Source of the DNA: an uncultured Bacteriovorax sp.
GTDB lineage: Bacteria; Bdellovibrionota; Bacteriovoracia; Bacteriovoracales; Bacteriovoracaceae
Direction: 5' to 3'
DNA: 64,000 bases
NCBI GenBank assembly: GCA_964583925.1
Contig: CAZOXW010000003.1
Location: 3,297-67,296, forward strand
The notes under the pieces were generated by a model, which saw only the letters and a program-made list of their open reading frames with translations, was not told the DNA's origin and did not search any database. Shown one piece after another: positions 27,794 to 37,354 of the stretch. Numbering within the stretch: position 1 is the first letter of the stretch; the number at the start of each line of letters is the position of its first letter. The position numbers were made by a program, and so were the translations under genes.

Positions 27794-29155
27794 ATGGTTT
27801 TTTCAAACAGAATCATTTTAATCGAGCCAGATTTAGAGCGCTGTATGTTCCTTAAGAGGAATATATCTCGACATTTAAAGGCCGAGGTCGTTGAATTAAA
27901 AAATGTCCAAGATGTAATAAAATTTTTAATCAGCGATTCTAAAATTGATCTCATCTATGCACAAAATAAATTTTCTGGAGTCAATCATCTTGGTGTTCTT
28001 GCAAGCTTTCTTAAAAAAAGTAAATTAGAGATTCCCCTTCTCTACCAAGGCGAACCAATTTTACTTTATGATAACGAATGTGAGCTAGACTCTGATTTAA
28101 GTTTAAAAAAAATAATTAGAAATATTTCTACGACTTTAAACATAATTCTAGATGAAGAAAGTGAATTATCTCTTACGGACTTCAAAAGTATACCGATAGA
28201 ATTTTTTTTCCAAGTAGACCAAACTTTTAGGGGATGTGCACTTTATCGAGGTAATAATAATACCTCACCTGATTTAGATTATGAGATACTCTATGAGTCT
28301 CAGGAAAAAATAAGTCGAGATGAAATCATCCCTTTTTATGAACTCGGTATTAAAGAACTATTTGTGCTTGAAGAATTTGAATTTGATGTCTATTTTTATT
28401 CTACTGAAAAATTAATAAAAAAATTAAATGATCTAAAATTTCAAGGTAGATGCCTTGAATTAGAACTACTAAACGATGCATATCTTGTCTCTCGCAAAAT
28501 GATTGAAAAAGGAAAACTAGACACTGAATTAAAACTAATTCTCCAATCTATAGCGCTTAAACTAAGTGAACTATCAAATCAAAATATTAAGGTATTAATT
28601 GCCAATCTAAATAATGCACGTCTTGATTATTCATTTAAAAGATTATTTCTTATCCATGTTCTCGGCGAAAAAGTTCTTGAGATGATGAGTTTGAAATCAG
28701 AGTCATCACTTTTAAAATATATTCACATTAATCTCTTTCACGATATTACTATTTTTTCAGAAATTCTTTTATTAATTCATTCAGAATCTGAATTAGAAAC
28801 TTCAAACCTAACAAAAAATGAAATCACTCAAGTAAATGAACATGCACAAAAGGCAGCTGAACTTGTCAATACACTCTCTATATCTCCGCAAGGCACTGCA
28901 GAAATGTTGATCGAACATCATGGTTCAAAATCAGGATTAGGCCTTAAAAACAAATTGAGCATCAATCTTTCACCAATGATGATGATTTTTATTGTCGTTG
29001 AAGAGTTTTCAATCGAACTACTAAAAAATGAAGGCGAAATAAAATTTGAATATATGGCACAGACTTGTAACAAACTAGGGAGTATCTATAATAAAATAAC
29101 TTTCAAGGCCGCACTAAATTCACTTATTGAGATAACTCAAAATTATGAAAAATAA
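27794..29155 (+). CDS. Pseudo-receiver plus degenerate HD(-GYP)-like domain protein
   Basis: N-terminal REC-like fold (IILIEPD); LFHDI, H...AA.L, EHHG but no GYP motif. Confidence 0.6.
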   Translation: MVFSNRIILIEPDLERCMFLKRNISRHLKAEVVELKNVQDVIKFLISDSKIDLIYAQNKFSGVNHLGVLASFLKKSKLEIPLLYQGEPILLYDNECELDSDLSLKKIIRNISTTLNIILDEESELSLTDFKSIPIEFFFQVDQTFRGCALYRGNNNTSPDLDYEILYESQEKISRDEIIPFYELGIKELFVLEEFEFDVYFYSTEKLIKKLNDLKFQGRCLELELLNDAYLVSRKMIEKGKLDTELKLILQSIALKLSELSNQNIKVLIANLNNARLDYSFKRLFLIHVLGEKVLEMMSLKSESSLLKYIHINLFHDITIFSEILLLIHSESELETSNLTKNEITQVNEHAQKAAELVNTLSISPQGTAEMLIEHHGSKSGLGLKNKLSINLSPMMMIFIVVEEFSIELLKNEGEIKFEYMAQTCNKLGSIYNKITFKAALNSLIEITQNYEK

Positions 29156-29822
29156 AAAATCTATTGAACTAATTTTGCTATTTATTTCTGCCATTGTAGT
29201 CCTCTATCTCGCAGGTGGAAAACTAAATTATGCCTACATTAAATCAAATTTAAACTATTTAATAGATCTCAACAATAAGCACCCATTTTACTTTATTACA
29301 ATTTTTATTTCCTTTTCTGCTATCTTAACCGGACTAGCACTTCCCTTTTCTACCATATTAACAATCGCAGGCGGTGCAATCTTTGGCACAAAAGGAACTA
29401 TTATATCACTAATCTCTTACAGTATTGGCACTGCAATTTCTATTTTTATAGCTCGATATTTTTTAAGAGATTTTCTCTTAAAAAAATACCTGCATAAAAT
29501 TAATCAACTAAATATAATCGCTCAAAAAAATCCAAGGCTCCTCGTTTTTAGCATTAGATTAACTCCACTTATACCATTTTTTATTGCTAATTTTTTACTC
29601 GGCCTCTTAAACCTGCCATTGAAAATTATTCTTGTCTTTGGTTTTTTAGGAAAAATTCCTTTAACTTATTTTTTTAACTATCTTGGAAGCTTGCTTAAAA
29701 ATGTAGACAATCCTGAAGCTTTATTTAATTTCTACCCTCTCATATTTTTAACTTGCATCGCATTTTTCCCATGGATAATTAAAGAAAAAATTAAATCGCT
29801 AAGTGGTTTAAAAAACATATAG
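29145..29822 (+). CDS. TVP38/TMEM64 (VTT, DedA-like) membrane protein
   Basis: LALPFSTILTIAGGAIFG, F.IARYFLRD, RLTPLIPFF..NF.LG. Confidence 0.88.
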   Translation: MKNKKSIELILLFISAIVVLYLAGGKLNYAYIKSNLNYLIDLNNKHPFYFITIFISFSAILTGLALPFSTILTIAGGAIFGTKGTIISLISYSIGTAISIFIARYFLRDFLLKKYLHKINQLNIIAQKNPRLLVFSIRLTPLIPFFIANFLLGLLNLPLKIILVFGFLGKIPLTYFFNYLGSLLKNVDNPEALFNFYPLIFLTCIAFFPWIIKEKIKSLSGLKNI

Positions 29823-29865
29823 CAGAATATTTTATCTTGGACTAACATAGAAATAAGAGGAAAAA

Positions 29866-30624
29866 ATGAAAAATGTACTAATTGCTCTCATCTGTGTCAC
29901 TTCACTAAACCTATATTCAAAATGCCCTGTAAGACTTTCTGTTGGCTGGGAAACAGCAAAGCCATTCCAATTTATCGAAAATAATAAACTCACTGGTCTA
30001 GATATTGAAATACTGGAAAATGTTCTTTTGGAATTAGGTTGCAAAGCCGACTTTAAAGAAATTCCATGGGAGAGACATCTTCACTATGTAGAAGAAGGAA
30101 CAGTAGACATTGCTCTTGGTGCAAATGAAACGCCAGAAAGAAAAAAATATGCAAATTTCTCAATTCCATACATTACAGAATACATTTATTTTTATACTTT
30201 AAAATCTGAAATCAGCAAGTATCAATTTAAAAATGAAAAAGAGCTTGGCGATCTAAATTTAAGTTTGGGAGTTATCTCTGGAGCATTTCTTGGCGACGAA
30301 TTTCAAAAACTAATCGATAATAAAATTCTTGTAAAGAATAAAAATTTGTTTGAAGTTAATTCAGAGAAACAACTTGTTGAAATGCTTTTGAGTCATAAAA
30401 TTAAAGGCTTTATCCTTGGCGAATATGCTCCTCACCTCCATCAAGATATCCTCCCTCACAAACAAAAGATGTTTGAACATTCAACACATATAATGCTAAG
30501 TAAAAAATCAATTCCTGGGCCATTTATTACTGAAATCAATAAGGCAATAAAAAAACTGAAATCTAAAAAAATAATTCAAGGATTACAAAATAAATATTAC
30601 GAAAAGAAAGATATTAAGTACTAA
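29866..30624 (+). CDS. Periplasmic substrate-binding protein (family 3)
   Basis: Signal peptide; PFQF.E...LTGLDIEI, PWER....V..G.VD, R...A.FS.PY. Confidence 0.88.
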   Translation: MKNVLIALICVTSLNLYSKCPVRLSVGWETAKPFQFIENNKLTGLDIEILENVLLELGCKADFKEIPWERHLHYVEEGTVDIALGANETPERKKYANFSIPYITEYIYFYTLKSEISKYQFKNEKELGDLNLSLGVISGAFLGDEFQKLIDNKILVKNKNLFEVNSEKQLVEMLLSHKIKGFILGEYAPHLHQDILPHKQKMFEHSTHIMLSKKSIPGPFITEINKAIKKLKSKKIIQGLQNKYYEKKDIKY

Positions 30625-30630
30625 GGAAAA

Positions 30631-32028
30631 ATGAAAAATTCTGTCGCGAATACATTAGTCTTAAAAACTGTCTTTTTCAGTTTACTCATTACACTCCCAT
30701 TTATTTGGGGGCATATGTACTATGAGTATCGCCAAGAATTAAAAAACATAGATAAGGCCTTTCTTCAAATTGAAATTTCAAAAATAAAATCTTTAACTAC
30801 GGCCGTTTGGTTTGTCGATCGAAATCAAGTTGAATCTCAACTCGAAGGTATTTTAAAAACTTCACCATTTGCAAAAGTTACTTTAGATGCAAAAGTAATT
30901 GGAAAAGTTGAACATAACTCTAGCCTATCCTCAAATGGTAAAATAAAAAAATATGATTTAATCAACAATGATGATCAACTTGGAACTCTCACCATTCAGG
31001 CCTCAAATGAGCCAATGTATAATTCACTACTCAAACGTTTTTTTATTATCTTTATTTCTGTCATCTTAAACACTTTTTTTGTAGCAAGCTTTGCTCTCTA
31101 TCAGTTTTCTAAATATGTCACAAGGCCACTTGAAGGCCTTTCAAAAATTGTCAGACAGGCCAGTATTGATCAGTCGCACTTATTAAGTCGCCCGGCACAC
31201 AATGATAGTAACCTTAATGAACTTGAGGAAATTGATTTTGCCATTGCAGAGATGAGAAGTAATTTTCAAAATTCACATAATGAACTTATGAAAACTCAAG
31301 AACAAATTGAGAATATGAAAAAGATAAGCACGATCGGTGAATTAACAGCAAGTGTTTCACATGATTTTAAAAACTTTCTCTCTATCATGATTCATACGCT
31401 AGAAATTTTAAAAAGAAACGGAGAAAATCCAAGTTTTAACATCAACGATGAAAAAAATCAAAAGCATATTACAAATGCGTTTGAAGCAGCAGAAAAGGCC
31501 AATAACTTAATCACCACATTATTAGACTACTCATACCACCATAATAAAGAACCTATAAATTTAAATCTATACGATCATCTCCAAGACATGCGAGGCTTGC
31601 TTGAAGTCGCAATCACTAAGCGAATTCAACTCAATATCAACTTAAAAGATCAACAAATTAAAAACTGTAACCTAGATATAAATATTTTAGATAGTGCCCT
31701 TTTAAATCTTTGTGTAAATGCAAAAGATGCAATTAAAAATAACGGGGAAATTCAAATTGAATTATCTAATGTAACTTTATCAAATAGAACTCCAGCACAA
31801 AATGGCGATTACGTACTATTAAAATTTAGCGATAATGGACATGGAATGACCCCTGAAGTTCAAAAGAAAGTATTCGAACCTTTTTATACCACCAAACCAC
31901 CTGGCAAAGGTACAGGACTAGGTCTTAGCATGGTTTCTAATTTTGTAAAAAATGCTGGCGGTTTTGTTGAAGTACAAAGTATAGAGGGAGTCGGAACCAG
32001 CTTTTTTCTTTATTTCAGAGCAGTCTAA
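30631..32028 (+). CDS. Membrane sensor histidine kinase (HAMP, HisKA, HATPase)
   Basis: SVSHDFKN H-box, NLCVNAKDA, DNGHGM, FEPFYTTK, GTGLGLS. Confidence 0.92.
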   Translation: MKNSVANTLVLKTVFFSLLITLPFIWGHMYYEYRQELKNIDKAFLQIEISKIKSLTTAVWFVDRNQVESQLEGILKTSPFAKVTLDAKVIGKVEHNSSLSSNGKIKKYDLINNDDQLGTLTIQASNEPMYNSLLKRFFIIFISVILNTFFVASFALYQFSKYVTRPLEGLSKIVRQASIDQSHLLSRPAHNDSNLNELEEIDFAIAEMRSNFQNSHNELMKTQEQIENMKKISTIGELTASVSHDFKNFLSIMIHTLEILKRNGENPSFNINDEKNQKHITNAFEAAEKANNLITTLLDYSYHHNKEPINLNLYDHLQDMRGLLEVAITKRIQLNINLKDQQIKNCNLDINILDSALLNLCVNAKDAIKNNGEIQIELSNVTLSNRTPAQNGDYVLLKFSDNGHGMTPEVQKKVFEPFYTTKPPGKGTGLGLSMVSNFVKNAGGFVEVQSIEGVGTSFFLYFRAV

Positions 32029-32183
32029 TGCGACTTTTCACTTCTTAATATTTCGTAAATATATTTTTTATCTTTGTATTTTAGTCCATATTTTACTTTT
32101 TCAGCTTCATCTTTCTTTAAAAATTTTCGCTTTTGATTTTCTTTTTTTAATTCAATTTTTCTTAATTCAAATGCTTGATTCAT
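32025..32183 (-). CDS. Small basic protein (52 aa), not in ORF track
   Basis: Hand translation MNQAFELRKIELKKENQKRKFLKKDEAEKVKYGLKYKDKKYIYEILRSEKSH; AAGGAG RBS inside the MATE 3' end; fills the whole gap between MATE and the kinase. Confidence 0.65.
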   Translation of the reverse strand: MNQAFELRKIELKKENQKRKFLKKDEAEKVKYGLKYKDKKYIYEILRSEKSH

Positions 32184-33531
32184 AATTTCTTATCTCCTTT
32201 AAAAGTTTTAAAACTAAAATGACTGATGCAACAAAAAGTGCTAAGTTAATAGAGCCCCAGAACGCAGTAACTCCACTTAACCAAGCTATATTAAATTTAA
32301 ATGCTAAAATATATCCAAATCCGATCCCAATGCCCCAGTAGCTACACGTTTGAACAATTGATGCAAAATCAGATTTTCGAAAGGCCCTTAAAGCACAGGC
32401 AGACAAAACTTGAGTCATATCAAAAATTTGATACATTGCCCCCCAAAAGAAAATTTCAGATGCTAAATTTAAGACCTCAACTTCTTTTGTATAAATTTTT
32501 AGAATACTCGTTTTAAAAATCAAGGTTCCCAAAAGTATGAAGAAGGCATAAATATATCCGACAGAAAATGCAATTTTTAAGGCCAACTTAAAGTCGTTTT
32601 TATTTTTTCTGCCAATCGCATTTCCAATTTTAGATACCGCTAATGACCCAAGACTACTCGGCACAATGTAGACGATGCCAAAATAACTTAGCGCCACTTG
32701 ATTAGATGCAATTGCAACAGCGCCAAGCTTGGCAACAAAAAATGTAATGCAAGAAAATAAGCTTATCTCTGCAAAAAATGCGACAGCAATAGGAGCACCT
32801 TCTTTAAAAAGTTCTCTTTGGGCCTTTAATTCAAAAAAGCTGGCCCATAAGTTATACATCTTTGAAAAAGAAAATATATTTTTAACAGGGGCGGTTTTTA
32901 TTAAATAGATGACTCCAATCCAAAGAGATATAGAGGTTGCAAGTCCTGTCCCCGCCCCTCCAAGCCCCATGTATCCATATATACCTTGAGTTAGTAAGTA
33001 GCATAGAGGAATATTGACTAAAAAACCCACGATCCCACTTTTTAATAAAGTTTTTGTCTTATTAATTGAAGTTAGAAGTGAGTAGTACGAACGATAAATC
33101 ATTATAGCTGGAAATGAAAAAGAAACATATTTTAAATAACGTTCTGACGAATTAATTAAATCTGTTTCTGTTTTTAATATTTTTAAAAACGAGTGGGCAC
33201 CAAAGTAGACGAGAAAAAAACAAAATATTCCGACAAATATCGCTAAAATTAAAGTATTTATAAAATATTTGCGGAGTGATGATTCATTCGAAGCACCAAA
33301 ATCTCTCGATAAAAATGGAGAGGAGCCCATTACGAGCCCCATCATTGTAACTTGTATTATTAAAAATAAGTTAGCGCCAATTGATACACCCGCAAGATCT
33401 GACAATCCTACTTTTCCTGCAAAAATAACATCCACAGTCCCCAAAATAATTTGTAATGCCTGTGCGAGGACTAGTGGAATTAATAATTTTAAATAGCTCT
33501 TTAATTCATTATAATAATGCGAGGAAATCAT
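32167..33531 (-). CDS. MATE family efflux transporter (NorM-like)
   Basis: VD.IFAGKVG..DLAGV.IG, about 12 TM helices, EGAPIA..FFAE, YQIFD..QV....ALR. Confidence 0.92.
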   Translation of the reverse strand: MISSHYYNELKSYLKLLIPLVLAQALQIILGTVDVIFAGKVGLSDLAGVSIGANLFLIIQVTMMGLVMGSSPFLSRDFGASNESSLRKYFINTLILAIFVGIFCFFLVYFGAHSFLKILKTETDLINSSERYLKYVSFSFPAIMIYRSYYSLLTSINKTKTLLKSGIVGFLVNIPLCYLLTQGIYGYMGLGGAGTGLATSISLWIGVIYLIKTAPVKNIFSFSKMYNLWASFFELKAQRELFKEGAPIAVAFFAEISLFSCITFFVAKLGAVAIASNQVALSYFGIVYIVPSSLGSLAVSKIGNAIGRKNKNDFKLALKIAFSVGYIYAFFILLGTLIFKTSILKIYTKEVEVLNLASEIFFWGAMYQIFDMTQVLSACALRAFRKSDFASIVQTCSYWGIGIGFGYILAFKFNIAWLSGVTAFWGSINLALFVASVILVLKLLKEIRNYESSI

Positions 33532-35231
33532 ATATTTAACCTATTATCTAATATATGTCCTAATATTTTTCGCTGTTCCTTTTTTAAATTCAAAGATGGC
33601 AAGTCAAATTCAAAATTATTATTCTGAGTTTTAACAAAAAAGTTAACAAGCTCATTGAATTCTAAGCGCTCATTCTTTTTTGTTTTTTTACTTAGAAGTA
33701 ACTGTATTTTGCGATCACTAGTTCCAGTTGATTTATAAAGGGGGGTATTAATTCTTGCTTCAGCGAGAGACTCTTCAGGATTATATTCTATACTTTTTGT
33801 AATAAACTTAATGTTCTCAAGTATTTTTTTAATATGCTCTAGCGCAAATACATCCTCATCGTATTTATAATCTACAATAACTTTCATCTGATTTAGTAAA
33901 TCATTTGCAGAACTTCCAAGATGAACATTTCTAAAGAAAGGTTCAAAAGAATATAGCGCCTGCCGACTTACACCTTTTAGGCATTCATAATAATTTTCTT
34001 CAATTTCAAAATCTCGAACAAAGATAAATGATTTTACAATCTCTTCTACTTCTTTTGAGAAAAGATCAAGAATGAGCGGCAGGTTAGTCTTTTTAAACCC
34101 AAGCTTTGACAATAAACAAGCACTTCTTTCGCGCTCAAAATTTTTTACAAATAATTTATAGTAGATTTCTTTGTCGATATTCAATTCAAAACAAGTATCA
34201 ATTATATCTAGCAATTGCTTATAGGTTTTGAAACAATTTTCAAACTGCTCACTAAGTCCTGTTGACCATCTAACAATATCATCAATCCTGTAACTCTTAT
34301 AGAATGCCCCCATTCTCATTGTAGTAGAAAGGTCTAGCATTCCACCAGAAATTAGAATATTGTCACCATCCCAATCAAACCAAACAAACATATTATTCAT
34401 TTCATATAAGGCAAGATTGCGACTTAGCTCCTTAGTCCAAGACAATATCCAATCAAGATATTTGTCAGACTTGATCTCAAACTTTCCGTGCTCAAATTCA
34501 CGATTAATATAATGTTCAAAAATTTCTTTTGAAGTAGAAATATTTTTTTGAAAATATGGGGCCAGAATATGTGCTGGGCGGATCATATTTTGATGAGCTT
34601 TGACAATGATGCTTTGACCTTTAGGAAATTTAATCATGGCCAAAGTTCGTTCAGTATCAAATCCCAATTGGTGCAAAACTTCACTCGAAAAAACAGTATG
34701 AACAGACTCTTTATCAAGTGCAATTCCAGATGCATAATATGAATTTCCATCACCTGTTCGAACTGCTTTTTTATGCAGATTATATCCAACACTAAGCTTT
34801 GTACCTCCAGTTCCCCTTCCTACAATATCCCAATGAGCGCCATTTTTTGACTTAAACTCACCGTACCAAATTGAACGCCCGTCTCCCGATGTTTTGCCTG
34901 TTTCATCTTCGTGTTGCATTTGCAAATATCTAGTGGCCATGTATTCACCACTTTTAATGGTCTCTTTCTTAAATTTTCGATTGTTTTCAATGTCATATTC
35001 ATTAATGATTACAATCCCTAGATCTTGAACAACTTCGCATTCAAAATCTTCTGTTATCAACTCTGGTAAATTTTCCTCAATTAACCCTATTTCTTTTGCC
35101 AGCTTAAAATTAAAATATTGCAAATGTCCATTGGGCCGAACTCTTGCTTTATAAAGAACACAAAAATTTTCAACTTCTTTTAATTTATGACTACCATCTA
35201 AACGATGTAATTGTGTTAGTCCTCTATCCAT
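33528..35231 (-). CDS. Divergent SelO/YdiU-family (pseudokinase-fold) nucleotidyltransferase
   Basis: FN..LA.EIG, GDGR, RGTGGT, TER.LA, IRPAH, DGDN...G..LD; AGGAGG RBS. Confidence 0.72.
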   Translation of the reverse strand: MDRGLTQLHRLDGSHKLKEVENFCVLYKARVRPNGHLQYFNFKLAKEIGLIEENLPELITEDFECEVVQDLGIVIINEYDIENNRKFKKETIKSGEYMATRYLQMQHEDETGKTSGDGRSIWYGEFKSKNGAHWDIVGRGTGGTKLSVGYNLHKKAVRTGDGNSYYASGIALDKESVHTVFSSEVLHQLGFDTERTLAMIKFPKGQSIIVKAHQNMIRPAHILAPYFQKNISTSKEIFEHYINREFEHGKFEIKSDKYLDWILSWTKELSRNLALYEMNNMFVWFDWDGDNILISGGMLDLSTTMRMGAFYKSYRIDDIVRWSTGLSEQFENCFKTYKQLLDIIDTCFELNIDKEIYYKLFVKNFERERSACLLSKLGFKKTNLPLILDLFSKEVEEIVKSFIFVRDFEIEENYYECLKGVSRQALYSFEPFFRNVHLGSSANDLLNQMKVIVDYKYDEDVFALEHIKKILENIKFITKSIEYNPEESLAEARINTPLYKSTGTSDRKIQLLLSKKTKKNERLEFNELVNFFVKTQNNNFEFDLPSLNLKKEQRKILGHILDNRLNI

Positions 35232-35259
35232 GACGACTCCTCCTAAAATTTATCTTTTA

Positions 35260-36546
35260 TTATGTTAAACTTATTTCATTTTCATCTAATTGATTGATCA
35301 ATATTCCAAGCTCTTCAAACAAAAGCAGCTGATGGTAATCTTTCATGAGGTCTGCATAATCTTTATTCACTAATAAAATGTAAGCGACAGTGTCTAAAAG
35401 CGACTTTGGTGGATATATTTCTTGCCCTTTTTCCTTTAAAAATGCATGGTCTCGATAAGATTTTAAATTGACGAGAAGGTCTGTATTAAAAGTTTCAATT
35501 GTTGTCTTTTTCCAATTTTGCAAACAAAACAATAATCCAAAGTGATCATCATTAGCTTTATTATAATCTATCCCACCATCTAGTAGTGCAATGTATTCTT
35601 TTACTTGATTTGTTCCACTCGTTTCAAATGCTAATTTGTTTATAAAGCCTGCTGTTCCAGAAATTCTTGGATTTAGTTCAATTAAATAAGGCCCATCTTT
35701 TGTCAAAAATACTTCAGTATGGGCAAATCCATTTTTAAACTTAGCGAGATCTAATACTTTCAAGGCAAAATCAGAAACTAAAATTCCATCAGTCGAATCA
35801 ATGTTTACTTTTTCAATATGTCTATAAATAGGATTTCCGTTGTATATAATTTTTTTATAACGATTTACAGCAACGATCCGATGCTTACCTTCAACGCTGG
35901 CGGTATCTACAAAATATTCTTCACCAGTAATTTTTTCTTGAATTAAAAAATCATTAAAAAGGCAATTGGGGCCAAGTGAACGATTCGCATCACTCTGTAT
36001 AAACTCTAAAATTCCTTCTGTTGAATCAAATTCTTTTGCAGACAAAGAACCACTCCCATTTACCGGCTTTACAAAAAAAGTTGAATTCCAATCTTTTAAC
36101 TCATTTAATTTTTTTTCACATAAATTGCGATTACTAATACGTATTTCTTTAATAGATGGAAAAAAATTGTTCTTTAATTCAAGATTTAAAATATGCTTAT
36201 CGTTTCTAAGGGCAGAATGGACAAAATCGCAATTATCTTTAAATAAGTACTTCTTAATGTTGTCGGCCAATTCAACTGCATACTCTGTTCCGTATAAAAC
36301 ACTAATTACTTCTAATTTTTTAAGTTTTTCTGCGATCTTTTTATACCCATTTTCATCTAAACTCGTCATAAGTTCTATGGAGCTAAAAAGATTTTTTTCT
36401 AAAGAATTATTTTTTGAAAGACGTAATCTATCTTCTGAACTTAGAATGCAAATAAGCTCTATTTCCTCTTTTTTAAACTCATTTGCTAAGTAAGTTGAAG
36501 AGATAATTGGATCTACAATTGCTATAACTTTTTTATTCATAATCAT
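35260..36546 (-). CDS. ATP-grasp ligase (L-amino-acid ligase / NikS-like clade)
   Basis: AIVDP.SS..LA, G.EYAVELAD, DK, VKPVNGSGS, QEKITGEEYFVD, GFAHTEV, IELNPRISG; true start may be ATG 36540. Confidence 0.85.
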   Translation of the reverse strand: MIMNKKVIAIVDPIISSTYLANEFKKEEIELICILSSEDRLRLSKNNSLEKNLFSSIELMTSLDENGYKKIAEKLKKLEVISVLYGTEYAVELADNIKKYLFKDNCDFVHSALRNDKHILNLELKNNFFPSIKEIRISNRNLCEKKLNELKDWNSTFFVKPVNGSGSLSAKEFDSTEGILEFIQSDANRSLGPNCLFNDFLIQEKITGEEYFVDTASVEGKHRIVAVNRYKKIIYNGNPIYRHIEKVNIDSTDGILVSDFALKVLDLAKFKNGFAHTEVFLTKDGPYLIELNPRISGTAGFINKLAFETSGTNQVKEYIALLDGGIDYNKANDDHFGLLFCLQNWKKTTIETFNTDLLVNLKSYRDHAFLKEKGQEIYPPKSLLDTVAYILLVNKDYADLMKDYHQLLLFEELGILINQLDENEISLT

Positions 36547-36738
36547 CCTTGATTAAATTTAAAAAATCTATTTTGATGAATTTTAATTTTAAAAAAACGG
36601 GGATGTCACTTGAAAATAAACATTTTATGTCGATATCAGATTCAACTGGTCTGACAATCTATCGTCAAACTAAAGCCACTCTAAAATCAACCATGGTATT
36701 TTGGTCGGGAACTCGTTTTTTACTACAATTTATCGGTG

Positions 36739-37245
36739 TTATTTTATATGATACTCGGTTAGCCCAATTGCAACAGCTCCCAAGAGGGCATCTTTAGCAG
36801 AACAATGTTCATTATAGCTAAAATATGATTCATTTTTTGTATAGAATAAAATATTCGTGTCTAGCTTTTGTTTAATTAGCAACCCATTTTTATCAATTTC
36901 ATAATTCTGAAATTTCTTATAAGTTGCTGGCAGTTCTTCGTCTGAATTATAAAATACGTCATCTGCAACTCTTCCAATTTTAAAACTAGACAATGAACTT
37001 TCGTCTTTCTCCACTTCTACATCTAAAAATAAATTATCTCCACGATATAAAAGAAGCATATTTTTGCAGTTAGGTGTACTTTTGCAAATCTCTGTTAGTT
37101 GATACTCTTTAGAGTTTATGGTTACAATTGTTTTTCCTAAAACTAATGCTGATTTTGATACGATACATTTATTTGTACTTTTCACAACGGAGCAAGAACT
37201 AAGAAAAAAAATGAGGCCAAAAATTACGACTAATAATCTATTCAT
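36739..37245 (-). CDS. Hypothetical lipoprotein (168 aa)
   Basis: Start moved to ATG 37245: MNRLLVVIFGLIFFLSSC lipobox. Confidence 0.65.
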   Translation of the reverse strand: MNRLLVVIFGLIFFLSSCSVVKSTNKCIVSKSALVLGKTIVTINSKEYQLTEICKSTPNCKNMLLLYRGDNLFLDVEVEKDESSLSSFKIGRVADDVFYNSDEELPATYKKFQNYEIDKNGLLIKQKLDTNILFYTKNESYFSYNEHCSAKDALLGAVAIGLTEYHIK

Positions 37246-37354
37246 TACTAATAGTTTACACGAAATAGGTCTTTTGCAATATGGCCAAATCCTAAATTTA
37301 AAGGATAATTTATATAGCTTATGTGGGCCAAAGAAATTTTTTAGGTAGAACAAG

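Noticed and set aside
32025-36546. Graspetide (microviridin-type) RiPP interpretation of the ATP-grasp and small peptide
   Set aside because: The ligase resembles the amino-acid-ligase clade rather than MvdC/D, and the peptide lacks a PFFARFL leader or TxKxPSD core
36547-36738. Possible riboswitch or attenuator in the ATP-grasp leader (alternative TCAGA/TCTGA and TGAC/GTCA stems, T7 run)
   Set aside because: Stems are short, no GC-rich hairpin precedes the T-run, and no known aptamer consensus was recognised; an Infernal/Rfam scan would settle it
36549-36797. 82-aa plus-strand ORF upstream of the ATP-grasp gene
   Set aside because: No convincing RBS or motif; it is antisense to the likely promoter region and overlaps the lipoprotein end
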